A stretch of DNA of 63,778 bases, filler included, from Choristocarpus tenellus KU-1152 (taxonomy: Eukaryota > Protista > Phaeophyceae): assembly GCA_964200185.2 (NCBI GenBank). It is 9 parts of 9 records of this genome, joined end to end, with 100 filler letters (N's around TTAATTAATTAA, not from the genome) between each part and the next. Parts side by side here need not be neighbours in the genome. Positions count along the whole stretch, not along the records: positions 1 to 3,479 come from CAXNAD020019755.1; positions 3,580 to 22,212 come from CAXNAD020000529.1; 7 more parts are not named here. One strand, given 5' to 3'. Below are positions 1-12,900 of the stretch, in pieces. Position 1 is the first letter of the stretch, and each line of letters starts with the position of its first letter. Below the pieces are notes generated by a model. That model did not search any database and was not told where the DNA came from. It worked only from the letters and a program-made list of their open reading frames with translations. The position numbers and the translations under genes were made by a program.

Positions 1-94
1 TAGTATCATAGTTGAGCAATGGTCACCAGAAAAAAAAAGTATTTTGTGGTGATCGAAAAAGTATATCAAAAGTTATATCGTAAATAAAAAGACC

Positions 95-166
95 ATCACG
101 CTCCAGGTTTCGATCCTGGGACCTCGAGGTTATGAGCCTCACACGATTCCCCTTCGCCAAACGTGA
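95..166 (-). tRNA. trnM: tRNA-Met(CAT), initiator-like but atypical (copy 1)
   Basis: The reverse complement folds as a full cloverleaf: TCACGTT TG GCGA AGGGGAA TCGT G TGAGG CTCATAA CCTCG AGGTC CCAGG ATCGAAA CCTGG AGCGTGA T. It is followed by a TTTTT Pol III terminator (86-90). Confidence 0.88.
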
Positions 167-337
167 ACATATAGACATGGATACTCGAATACAACCTACA
201 AACTCTGCTATGATGTAATTCCCAAATCTCTTCAGTACTTCTCTAGTATCATAGTTGAGCGATGGTCACCAGAAAAAAAAAGTATTTTGTGGTGATCGAA
301 AAAGTATATCAAAAGTTATATCGTAAATAAAAAGACC

Positions 338-409
338 ATCACGCTCCAGGTTTCGATCCTGGGACCTCGAAGTTATGAGCCTCACACGATTCCCCTTCGC
401 CAAACGTGA
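338..409 (-). tRNA. trnM: tRNA-Met(CAT), initiator-like but atypical (copy 2)
   Basis: Same as copy 1, offset by 243 bp. One substitution gives a G-U pair in the anticodon stem (CTTCG). The oligo-T terminator is retained. Confidence 0.82.
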
Positions 410-479
410 AAATGTAGATAATGACACTCGAATACAACCTATAAACTCTGCTATGACGTAATTCCCAAATCTCTTCACA

Positions 480-760
480 CAACACAAATCACAGGTAGAG
501 ACTGGATTAGACAATATTGAGCACAAAGTGTGAAAATGGGGACTCTCGTTCGCAGGGTCACTTGCACGCATAAGGAATGAATGATTTCTGAAGGCGTTCA
601 TGTATGGGAAACTTGCAAATGGAAATCGGAACCAGGCCGGATAGGAGAAGCCAATAATGTATGTGTGAATATGACCTCGACAACTTATTTCATAGTATAT
701 GCTGAGTTCATGGACGTATTAACCATTGAGATGGTGTAGTGGGCTCATTGCTCTAATCAT
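480..760 (+). mobile_element. Degenerate RTE-clade LINE 3' fragment
   Basis: Translates with stops as IEHKV*KWGLSFAGSLARIRNE*FLKAFMYGKLANGNRNQAG*EKP. This matches the post-RT region of RTE LINEs and the copy at 12170-12660. Confidence 0.6.
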
Positions 761-3479
761 AGAAGTAAACGTTTAGCCTAGGGGTTTCGGTATGGTGCGA
801 GGTCACATTTTGCTTTCGTAATGAGTATAATATACTATGTACATCTTTTTGGTGTACGATAATACTAAGTGATTAATTACATAGATCTTGACTGATCGTG
901 ACAACAACAGTTATCGGTGTGTTATGAAATATCTGGCGGTATTTCAGATAGGAGAAGACCACCCGAAATCCCTTAGGTTCAGGCTGCCTCAATTCTATTC
1001 AAATTCGCAACCACTGTAGTAGGCGTGACTCATCCCATGGACGTGACAAACAGAAACTTACACAGATTAACTCACAAAAAATACTCCGGAGTAGAACGCA
1101 AGATTCGACAATTGGTCTAGAATACGCCAAAGTCTAGAACAATATCAACACAAAACAAGAAGCAACCCAAAATATGGAAAAAACCGACATACAACAGTGT
1201 TCACCCCGTGACATAAGCTCCATAACACCTACCTGTCTGACTCAGGTCAGCGCTCATACAATAGATAGCTCTATGGAGAATAATCCAATGGCATTCAAAA
1301 TCCTATTCACAGCAGCAAAAAAAACACAGCAATACGACATGCTAGGTAGTAGGTACATATTTGCTGAGGGAAATCATATTGTTTGACCTATCCCAACCTT
1401 TGCTTTTGACTGTGTGATGGTCACAGTATTATCATCAGCATAATGCTAATGGAGGACTCAGTCTGTACAGATAGATTCAACTGGCATACACTTCGTGCTT
1501 TTTTCAATGAAGGGAAGATCTAGAACCTTCCTGTATTTGCTTATTTCTTACCAGGTTGCCCTGTTCATCCCTTCCTTTACATCTCAATTGATATTTAATG
1601 CCGAGAAAGCTCCCATTGAGTCCAGTCCCAATCGCGTCTTTCGATAAGTTGAAAGTACATACTACCTTGCAATATATATATTTATGTATATACTACGTAG
1701 TATTGTATGCACCTCCACGCTGCATGTATCTTCCTATGTAACTGCTTCGTTCAAAGCCCAGATGCACCTTGAAGAGGGTGTGCATGACCAAAATGGTTCC
1801 CTGTGTGTGAACGGTAAGTATGTCTGGCTACATTTCGATATTTCATATGCTGACTTACACATCATCCTACAGGCACTTGCCATACTCTGCATGATATCCA
1901 CACAATGCCCAAGGGGTGAAAAAAATCACTGCTGAATCTTTATCAATACACTTATGGTTAGGCAGTGACCACATTATTGATTGTAGAGGAGAATGGGATC
2001 GATGGTTGGGGGACAGGTGCCTCTTGTGTGTGTTGATGCAAAAAATAAAAATATGTGTAAGGATACACCACCACCCCCCACACTGTTAACATATCAAAAC
2101 CGGCGGATACATCTGTCACCTGCCTCTCTCCACTGCCTTGCATTTGTCAAGGGAGGAAAAATAGAATCATGCAGGGGATGAGATAGGGGCAAAGACTTTG
2201 GTGGTACCAAATCAGAAGCTATTGCCAGCTGGAAGTGCAATGGGAGAGGAATGAAGGAGAAAACCAGTCCCCAAAGGTGTTGACAAAAAGCACATGATTG
2301 AAGTGCACTTCAAAGCGAAAGGTTTCCATTGGGCCATAGCCATAACAGGATATGTATTTCCGTAACAGATGTGGTATATCTATTACCTGCTGTAGGATTA
2401 GTAGGTGGCTACTACAACGTTGAGGGCTCATGGAAACACAGGACAAATTCATGTACACATAATGTGTTGCACCTGCAGAACATCACACACACCACTGACG
2501 AGTTCAAACTAAGTCCATTCACTGATTAAAGGGGGCCCAAATCTCCACAGCCAAAGCAACATTATATACACTTCCATTTGCACATCAGCCCTCTTTCGGG
2601 AAAACACATTCCCCCCATTGATGGCACTACAGATTTTTGTGCGAGAGTCACCACATCTACGTTTTTACCGGCACATCATCATGAGCACAAGTTTTTGCTG
2701 CACTTCCACACAAAAACAGAAAAAGAGAGCAATAATCTATTTGCTTGAAGTATCACACCACAGGGCATGTGAAAAAGCAGTCGATCTCCACTACAAAAAT
2801 ATCGAAAAACACCCTCTCCGTCCTCACCTAGAGACCCAAAAAGAAATGTACTCTTGTATTGATATGTAGCACCACAGAAACATATAGTGTCCACGCACTA
2901 ATTGCACAGATATGACAGACACATTTCTCCTTTTTGGGGGGGAGGGGGGGAACTGTACGCCAGCTATCAGAAGCCTCAACACCGGCCCGGATTGTTCCAA
3001 TTAATCAGCCACTTCACTCCCAACACCAGAGCACATCTAAGCTTCCAGAGGTCTGCTGGGTGAAGCACTCAGGGACCTTCAATCACTCAACCATATATCA
3101 TAACACGCAAATCTCCTTTAGAACCATACTTGCAAGACTTCAATTCTCAATAAAGCTCACACTACTACCCTGGTCCTCTTCCTCTTGCAATACACTTCTC
3201 CCCTCCAAATACCTAATTTGAATATCCAGATACAGTCTACTGGGAAAAGATGGCAAGATAACTGTATAGGACAGAGGGAAAAACCTTGGTCTCTCTTGTT
3301 GCCAACACAACTTCTCTATAACATAAAAAGGAAGAGATTAAAACCTCTCCGTCACCTCAAAATAGCGTTCCCATGTTTCTTCCCTTCCCTGTCACATGAG
3401 TCAAAAACGAGCCCCCCCCAACCTCCAAAAAAAAAGAATCCAGCATACCACAGCACACCTCTGGAATACAGCTAAGATA

Positions 3480-3579
3480 NNNNNNNNNNNNNNNNNNNNN
3501 NNNNNNNNNNNNNNNNNNNNNNNTTAATTAATTAANNNNNNNNNNNNNNNNNNNNNNNNNNNNNNNNNNNNNNNNNNNN
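3480..3579. other. Artificial contig linker N44-TTAATTAATTAA-N44
   Basis: Identical 100-bp linkers also occur at 22213-22312, 25835-25934, 33975-34074, 41559-41658, 44167-44266, 56690-56789 and 60760-60859. Confidence 0.99.
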
Positions 3580-3620
3580 CAAATGGACAGCCGTCACCCC
3601 CCCCCAGATACTTTGAGCCC
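3580..3620. mobile_element. MITE family B terminus at contig start
   Basis: caaatggacagccgtcacccccccccagatactttgagccc is the reverse complement of the family-B left end seen at 33758. Confidence 0.75.
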
Positions 3621-3921
3621 ATGCCTAACATCTCTTCACCTTCAGGAGCATCAATCGCCGCCGAGTGGTTCGAATGTTGCACATGGCAATGATGAGGCAA
3701 GCTGATGGCTTTGTGGCATGCGAGTGGGGCTGTCATGAATGGGTATGTTTACTATATGTATGCTAATATACAACCTGTTCACATGCACACTTTGTCGTAT
3801 TCATGCAATTGTGTGCGTTTGCATGTACCTCCACTTTTGCTCAGCAATATTGGTTGTGTTAGCCCTTGAAACCCAATACAATATTACGTATTCTCACTCT
3901 CTGATAACCACCAAATCTAAG

Positions 3922-6900
3922 GTGCGACTGGGTCGTGATAAGTTCTACCATGAGTCAGAGCTGTGTGCCAAGAGGATGTTACCATGTGAGCTTGGCTGCA
4001 GACTCAGGTGACTCAGGCATATACATTTTCCAGGGCTCACTTCATGGATGACGGAACCTTGTTGTATCACCATCGTGTTAACAGTTACACAACAATGAGG
4101 GGGTAAATAATCCCTGTTCTTCCCATTGTACAAATGCGATTTGTGTGAGGAAATTTTCTTGATCATGCATGTTACTTGAACAACACTCATAGGTATATTC
4201 CCACCCTAAAGCAGGGATATTTTTGGAGAAGTATGAAGTTGATAAACAAACACCTGTCTCAAACTCGTCACTGTGAATACTCGAAAACACGCGTACTCCA
4301 GGTTAAGAGAAGAAGAATGGCTGAGTCCCTCCCTCACAAACCCAAACATATCCCGACAGCAAAGACATGAAGAGTCAGAATGCCCACGTCGGTTGGTTCC
4401 ATGCAAACAGAGGTGTGTGGTTTTTGTGTCTAATTCTCGCTTTGATACTGATCCTAACCCATTTCCCTAACCCCAACCCTTGCAGTAACAGCTGACAGCT
4501 TAGAAAGCTAGGCTTTACGCTGTAGGTACGCAACACTACCCAATCTTATATTTACCTTGAAAGTACTCACAACGACTGCTAGGCTACAAACATTAGTCAC
4601 CTAGGTTCAAATAATGGTACTGTGTGAATAATGTCTGAAATTGTGAAGGTGGGGAAAGAATATGTTTATGGAATGCTCGTGTTCTCACCAGTATATATTT
4701 TGGTGTACTATGTACATGGTGCAATCTATTGTGTTCTTCTCTCAGTTTACATATATTGTATCTCAACTTCCTACTCCTGTTGCCAAGAAGCTACATGGAC
4801 ACAGAGTGACTCTGGGATGCAATGCATTGCTCAACTGGTGTAAAACCAAACCAGCTAAGTTGCACAGAGCCCAAATACCAGTCATTATTGTTTTCTCAAT
4901 GTTTTCCAGATGTGGCGAATGGCTTCCATTTGTTGAACGTGATCACCACATGAAGTTCCTGTGCATCAAGCGTCCTTTCCCACCCATCGAGTGTCGACTC
5001 GGATGTGGGGAAGCATTCAGTGGTGGTCTACACTGTATGCTTCAGGTGCTCGTAACTTTGAACTGAGAAACACTCAAGTCCATCCTCAAGTGCCTGGTCA
5101 TTAACTGCTCTTGTTGTGATTGACATGTTTCTTATTTTTTCTATCACTATTCTGAGTTCTAAACATTTTCAACTGCACTGCACCCCTCAATGCCGAGAAG
5201 ATCCTTTCAATTACTGGAAAGAGGTATATTGTTGTACAAAATTGATCGCTCCATCTCATCTCAGGGAATGCATGTGTAACACCAAAAGTTAGCCCTCCCT
5301 GCTTTTACCCCCCCTGCGGCAAATGGACCACTTGCTGCAGTCAGAGGAGGAGCGCATAGAGCACGAGCACGAACTCTGTCCTCATCGACTATTGCATTGC
5401 ACATGGGAAGGTTGCGAAGAAATGGTCAGGGCTAATGATCGCAAGGCTCACAAACAAGAACATGTTCTCAGAACGGGGATCAGCTGCTTTACCGTTCCAG
5501 GATCTTACCTCTACAAAGTGAGAGCTAGAGGAGGGCAGAAAGATACATTGATAGCTAAAAGTAAACAGAAAAACGACGACCTTGTATGCTGAATGATGAT
5601 CGAATCTTGTTCTGTGGCTTGTTAGTACATTATGTGTTGATGATGTGGTGATGTATTGATGGCGTCCAGGGTCCAGAACTAAGTGTTGTTTGAAGTGCTT
5701 GACTGAAGGCACAAGAATGAGGTGCCTTCCTTGCCTTGTGTGAGCATGGCTACCAGCCTGTTTATGTGATATTGACCATGTTTGAAAGATTTTGCCCAGA
5801 TAATCAATACTTGGAGGTATATTGGAGAACTTGTTGACCTGCACAACAGTTTGGAAGACTGCTTTTGTTGTCCATAGTCAAGGCATAACAAAATTCGCAG
5901 TAATGCCTACACTGGTGCCTATCACGTTGTTGGGCCGGGGTGCTATTAAAGTCAATTGCAGTTCAGGCTGAACCTCCGCGCCAGTGGAAAGATATAACAC
6001 TACTTTGAAGCTATGACCAATACTGAGAAACAACACACCCCTTTGAGTGCCCCATTTCTCCCTCAACATAAGGTTAATGCACAATGTCTTGAAGAGTGCA
6101 ATTGCCAACATACTTGTGCATATTTTGCTATCCTACTTGCAGGTACCCCATTCGTGCCAGTACCTAAAAATTCAGGCATGGGGGGCAGGGGGAGGGAGTG
6201 GACACTTCCATGGTGGGCAATGTGGGGAGGGTGGCGGTGGTGCATTCGCCGAAGGGCTGACGTATATTACCCCTGAGGATGAGCTTGAGGTATTTTCTAC
6301 TGAGGATAAGCTTGTATTTTTAATTGTGCAGCTTAGATCCCTCAACCAACAACTACCAATCGATCAATACTGAATCATGCAGCATTTTTATTTCAAAACG
6401 CTCCTTCCAAGTAGAGTGTGTTAACAATGTAAGGAAACTCTCTCATGCTCACTACAGGCAGATACAATAGGGTTTCTATAATCTCAAGTTCCTTCTTTGA
6501 TGCCATAGCTCGTGTTGCAATCTGTTTTGTGCTTCGTGGCTATACTGGGGACCAGGTGATAGTCGGAGGTGGTGGAAGTGCTGGTGTATACGGCTCAGAG
6601 GTTCCACAGGGGGTGGATGTCATGGGAAGGGCAACTTTCGACCTGGTGGATCAGAGTGGGTGGGTATGGGACCTGTAACCCATAGCTGTGCCATTTCCAG
6701 GGTTAAGGATGTGTTCGGGTTTGCGTGAGGGTGTAGTTTTGAAGAGGAGTCGCCCGAAAAATAAAAAAAAACAGTCAAGAATGATGGATCAATGGCAATA
6801 TTTGACCATACAGGGGACAGTACTCCAAAGCTTTGATAACTTTGTCTTTCACATTCCCTACCAATCAAAACTGCGTTCACTTTTTTAATTCCGATAAATT

Positions 6901-9900
6901 CTCCAAGGCAACAGGATGCCTCCTCTTCTTCACGTGCGTACTTCACACATTCATGAGCACTGTATAGACTGGTCAAAGATACCGCATGAGAACAGAAAAT
7001 CACCATACACCAACTTGCCCACCTCTTGTGACTGTCATTCATTTTGGAAATGATTTGTATTTTACTGGTACAAACAAAGAAAAGTTTGACCTAAGAAGTG
7101 GGCTCTAATAGAGTAAAGGGTGGCAGCATGCCCCAATGTGACATCAATGTTGTTGCTTTAACTGAAGATCTCATTATGTCTTCCATCTCACTGTGAAAAA
7201 TAATTAAGGGTAGCTGAGGGGGGCTGGCCAGGGGGAGGGAACGGTCATGGGGGCAATCCACTGTGGGCAGCAGGAGGGGGAGGCGGGGTTTCCTCTGTGG
7301 GGTTAGTGGTAAGCAGGTCATGGTGATTAAAAGTCCTCCATTCTGCAGCGTGTAGATAAATCATTTTAATAGTGGCAGAAGGTTGGACGTTGCCGCATTG
7401 TAGAGGTGGGTGGGACTTCCCTGTGGGTTGAAATGTAGAGTATGAAGACAAAAGTGAATCCAAGCAAGGGCATGGACATTGAACTGGGGTGTGTACATAT
7501 AGCACCATTTGGAACCCTGATTAAAAAAAGTTGTGTTATGATAATAAATGCTCCTCATGCTTCTCTTCCACTTAACTGACTCTCATTCATCTGTCCTCAA
7601 AATGTTATTACACTTCCCACATCAAACTAACTCAAGTCCTTCCCATATAGATACATAATACAGTCTGAAGTGTGACTAGACTGGCCTATTAATTCTATCT
7701 ACAGCAGATCTTCCCCTCAGCCCCTCCCTCAACCATAGCGTAATACAACCTTATTTCTTCGGACCTTCCAAATGATATAGAGTGATGCCAACATTGATGG
7801 GTTTAGGGATGTTCGAGGGAAAATTAAGCCTAGATTATCAATGTGGGATATGGGCTATTCTTTTGGCATGTGTGTTGCTCTTCTCTTCACGCATGTTCAC
7901 TATCATGATCGATATAGATTCTTTGCTGGTCTTCTCCTTAGGTAAGCTCTTTCAAGGGTGCAAGGACAGAGCCCTTGGTTGTTGCTGGGGGTGGGGGAGG
8001 TGGAGGTTCAAGGGCAGGGGTGCCTGGCGGGGGATTGAACGGAGAGATTCCAGGAATGAAGGTATGGTCCCTTAGATTAGAACTCAAACACAGTGATCAT
8101 GCACCAGCTGCAGACCTACGAATAAAGAGTACTTTCAAGTAGTACCTATGCTGTACTCTGACTTGACAAACATCAGCCCTAAGCTCAATTTCACAGGCAT
8201 GATCCTTTTTTGTTACTGTTTCCATCAATCTGTTGCTGCTGTTTCGGCTTATATTTCTTCATTTTCGTTTTAGTCCCAAAGAGTGCCACTGTGACACTGA
8301 TCTTTTGCCGCGTTGCCTCCCCATACACTCTCTGGCCATATCGCACAAGCTAGGTGGACATCAGAAACGGACGGATGGGCACAGCAACTGGGGGGGGTGA
8401 GGGGGGCGATTGTGGAGACAGTAGTGCATGTACCTTTCCCCCTCAACCTGGACAGGAGTGGGCTGGGGGTTCAGGAGGGCAGTATGGCGGCGGGGGTGGT
8501 GCCGGGTATGTGTCTTGCTAGTACAGTTACTTGATTACTCCAGACTACTACTTTTTGGTCTTTGTGCCGATCACCAATAGCTGTAGAACACTTGGTGGAA
8601 ATGCTTGGAGATTTGTAATTTGCCCCTATCTCGTGTCTGCGTTTTCTGAGTGAGAACAAAGCTCACCCCAAAAAAGTACGGTACATTCAAAATTTAATTT
8701 CAACTTTTTTCTACACTCGATCTCTCCCTCTGAAGTTGGAGGCAGATCCATATCACAGGTGGAGACTAACACTGATTAATTTAAGCCTTCATTCCCTTCC
8801 ACAGCTTTTTTGGTGGAGGCGGAGGAGGGACGTCTCCTGGGATTGCTGGGGGAGGAGGTGGTGGCTCAAGCTTTATCAACCAATCCCGTTGCATGGATTT
8901 CGTTGTCCTTCAGGGTAACGGGCAGAGGGCAGGTAAGGGTATATGTATTTTGTACTTCGTAAACATCTATTGCTAATTCAAAGTACATAAAATGTTTCGC
9001 ACCCCTATGTCTGGACAACATCATTTGATGAAGAATGATGGGAACCGAATCATGCCCCACAAAGAGGATTCGCAATAGGTAAGTCGAATCTATATTATAG
9101 ACGTCTAGCTTTGTTCGTTCATTTCCTTATCTGACCAGTGCTTCTCCACTAGAATCCGACCAGCAAACCGCAGAAACCTTTAGGGAAGAAACTCGTCCTT
9201 TTTGGTCTATGACTTGAGCATAAACAAGGTCGATGAATATTGAAACACTCGTCATGACACCCGACCAAGCGAAATTCTCCACGCACTTTCTGAGAACAGG
9301 CATACATGCACATTGTCGTTGTGTATGGATGGTGAAAACCTCGTTTCTGGTCCTATTACTTTTTGACATAGGTCTGGAACATTGAGACGCAGGCTACATC
9401 ACCAACCTAGCATCAAAGATGAGATGCGGACACAATACTTTACTTCATCAAAAACCCTGGTTTACCTTCGTCATCAATACCATCACTGTACGAAAAAATA
9501 TACTCAAATTTTTGAATTGATAGAAGGTCGTGGTGATTTTAAAAAAACGAGAAAACGAGTAGAAATATACCCCAAAATGTAAGTGTATTTCAAGCGATGC
9601 GTTTCTGATTACCTTGGTCATCTCGATGCCACCATTGCATGATCAGAGTCCATTTTGTGGACCACATCACATCGGGTTGTTGTACTGACTGCTATTCGTC
9701 ACAAATAGGCAACAGAAAGGTATACGATGTCGTTGACCTTGTTCGCACTGAATTGGCTACATCGAGCTCATTTTCACTCCCATGTATCAACATACATCAA
9801 GATGGTGTGGATTGAGGGTCATGTTGTGAATGCATGGCATACATGAGTCTACAAACTGGCCACGATACCTTCATCATACTTTTCGTGGGGCAACCCAAAC

Positions 9901-12900
9901 TCAAACTACCACAAAATCTATTTGTTGATTGTTGGAGATTTCGTCGATAAGGGTCAAACTGATATGGCGCCAGATATCACAGCAAACCAACGTTTTGAAT
10001 TATTTTCTTCGCAAACACGGCATAGGTGGGGGGCAACAAGAGTCTAGAAGGGAAGGTTGTTTTTGATGCAGGGTTGTATTTGGAGGATGTAGTGTGATCC
10101 CAATACTCGTAGACCTTAAGCTCTTAACCAACAACACAATCCACAGCAGTTGTAGGAGCTGTAACCTGTCGAGCACAATGCGTGCCCTCACACCTTCTTC
10201 GAGAGCTCAACCATCTCTCCATGATAGAGGAAGGCACTGACAATATAAGGAAACCGGTCCGGTGGAACACTCTTGAGGTGTAAATTGCAGTGCCTTTGTA
10301 GGATTTCGTACTCGAAATTCGGATGTCGAGACACGCTCCAATGGTGGGTTTTACAAGGCTTACTTGACCGGCTTTCTCCATCTGCGAGCGGAATAATTAC
10401 TTCTTGCTTGAGAAGGTGCGCCAGAGTGTGCGCATGGTAAGCATTTTGGTAGTCATGTATCAAATACTTGGGCGTTCAGTACATCCTCATACTGGATGCT
10501 CAAGAAGGATAATTAATTTATAACAACAGTCGAAATCTACCATCCGTCCATATTGAATCTCTTCCCAAAGATGCTGGGGTATGGGAGGAAGATGGAACAC
10601 CCAATTCACCGTGGGGGTCAAGCTAACTTCTGCCAACACTTAAAAAGTTTCAATGTAGAGAGGGTGTAGTGCCTCGAGCACATCAACAATGAATTTGGCA
10701 GGCTACTGTGAGAGCAAGGAATTATCACAGAATCGTGGGGCTAACACAATACAGTGCTCCAAAATGATAGGCAAATTAACCACAACCTCAAGAGTGCTGA
10801 ACACCTCGACCGGTAACACCTCAATGGTGATCACTGGTGCACCAACATTTGTGGAAGTGGCTGAAGCAATCTGAGTTATGGAAAATGGAAAGGCAACAGG
10901 ACAAGATGATCTCCCAGCTGAGGTCGTGAAGCTACAAGGAGAAGAATCAGACGGTTTGTGGTAAGGGTATCTTGCTAATGGCACATGCTGACAAAGTGTT
11001 TCTCAACATTGTTGCACTACGACTGGGAGCTTACTTAGAACGCGAGAAACATATTACATTTAGGGACAATATGGTTCCCGACCCCTACACTCCACAGCTG
11101 GGTATGATGAGCACACTATGCGTCCTCTAGGGGCTGGTCCAGGAAAATGCATGCACCTCTGTTCATGAGTTTACAATTGACCTACAGAAATTATACTAGT
11201 ACAACTCTATTGACCGCTATATCCTGTTGTTGTGCTTACCAATTATAGAGTGCATGAGAACATGGTTTCACTCCTCCCCAATTAATGGAATGCAGGTATG
11301 TGTCTCTGTGAAAGTAGAGAGTGTATGGAGAGTATACAGTTTGAAATGAGGTTGGAAAAGGGCTTCAGCAAACGTGTGTTCTTGCCCTCACCCTGTTCAG
11401 TGTCTTCTTCGCTGTAGTGCTAAGCCCAATAGTTAATGTGTTCAACTCTGACCTGGTCATCTTAACAACCTTGTTGCCATCAAGGGACTTGTGAAAAAAG
11501 AACCTAGCAAAAGGAGAAGAAGTAAAAGGAAGTGGGGTAAAACTTGTTGATTGGCGCATGAGGAGTGTGCTAGATGCCGATGATGTTGGTATTGTTTCTA
11601 AGACCCGAGGAGGTCTGGCCAGGATGATGGCAGTGATTATGAAGGTGACCAATCCATTCGATCAGACCGTGTTGGAGCTGAAAATGGATACTGTGTACCT
11701 TCGAACTTGCAAAAAGGCAGCAGACACCATACCATTCGGGCTCTGGGTCAGCACTATCAGTAGGTTCAAAATTCTGCTTACCTTGGAGACATCATAAGCA
11801 ACGAAGCTGATATCAATGCCAAGATCAGTCGACAGATTGAATCACCCTTGAGTTACAGTCAAGCGCTTTCTGATTGAATCAAAGGTGCATCACTTGAGCT
11901 TAATACTTAGAGCAAAAGTATCTTAGAGGGTAGAGCCGCGTCCATTTGGGGGCCATAATCCAATGTTGTGATTTTGATGTAATTTTGGCTATCGTGTTTG
12001 TTAGGAAGTGTCAATATCCTTCTTCCAGACACACCATTTCATAAGGTATACCTTTTACCTACTCCGAAATATTTAGGAGTAGGAAAAACCTCATAAAAAA
12101 AACATGGGAAGTCAAGGCCCAAACGGACAAACAGGGCAAAAATCGTACCATCTAAGATACTTTCACTCTTAAATTCTCAAGGATAAAGCACTTGAGGTCC
12201 CGTTATATGGTTGTGTGGCGTGGACATTCTGCCAGGGTCTACTGCATGAAGCTTTACTCTCAACACCTCAAACTCATCTTATACTGCATCAGATGCCTTG
12301 AACGGGGACACACACTGATTGCACGTTTGTCCTACTAAGCTGCCCTTGCATTGAGGCGACTGTGATATAATGGAGACTCCTGTCTACAGGGACTGTTGCA
12401 TGCATGGTGATAAAGGACTTCTGAAGTTGTTGATTATTGGGGAGCTTGCCAGAGGAAAACAGAAGTAAGATGGACAGGAGAAGAAATTATGGATATATCT
12501 GCAAGACGACCTTGAGAAGTTTGGGAACACATTTGAGGGATGGAGTACAAGGGCAACAAACCATCACAGGTGGTACGAGTGTGTGGAGATGAAAGACAAA
12601 GTTTCTTAAACAAGTAGCACTCCATGGAAGCTGACATAGCTGACATGCGTCATACTAAAGAAACAATCTAGCCAGCCCAAGGAGGTGAAGGCACATACAC
12701 ACACTCGCCATTGCTGAATGCTGCTTTTCTCAATTCTCTCTTTTTTGGGATCGATTATTCATATGCCCCTCTTTTCTTTGTATAGGGTGTGATGAGTGGT
12801 GTTTTGGATTGGATGGACCTAGCGTATACACTAACAAGTGGAAGTATCCTAGAGGGTATGATTTTGTCCCTGTTTGTCCGTTTGGGGCTTGGCTTCCCAC

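Larger units (their letters stand above)
1..476. repeat. 243-bp tandem repeat carrying the tRNA gene (2 units, may continue beyond the window start)
   Basis: 1-243 and 244-~476 are near-identical; both start tagtatcatagttgagc. Confidence 0.95.

Noticed and set aside
946-980. IGEDHPKSL, like a kinesin-light-chain/NB-ARC TPR exon
   Set aside because: Only 9 residues, with no full 42-aa repeat or neighbouring exons; likely chance.
3480-3579. Recurrent TTAATTAATTAA palindrome as a biological motif
   Set aside because: Always centred in exactly 44+44 Ns, so it is an artificial six-frame-stop linker. ORFs ending in X..LIN are artefacts.
9130-10500. Transposase or retroelement relic in the large intron
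   Set aside because: TE-like (e.g. FKKTRKRVE), but no catalytic motif could be identified, so it is left unannotated.
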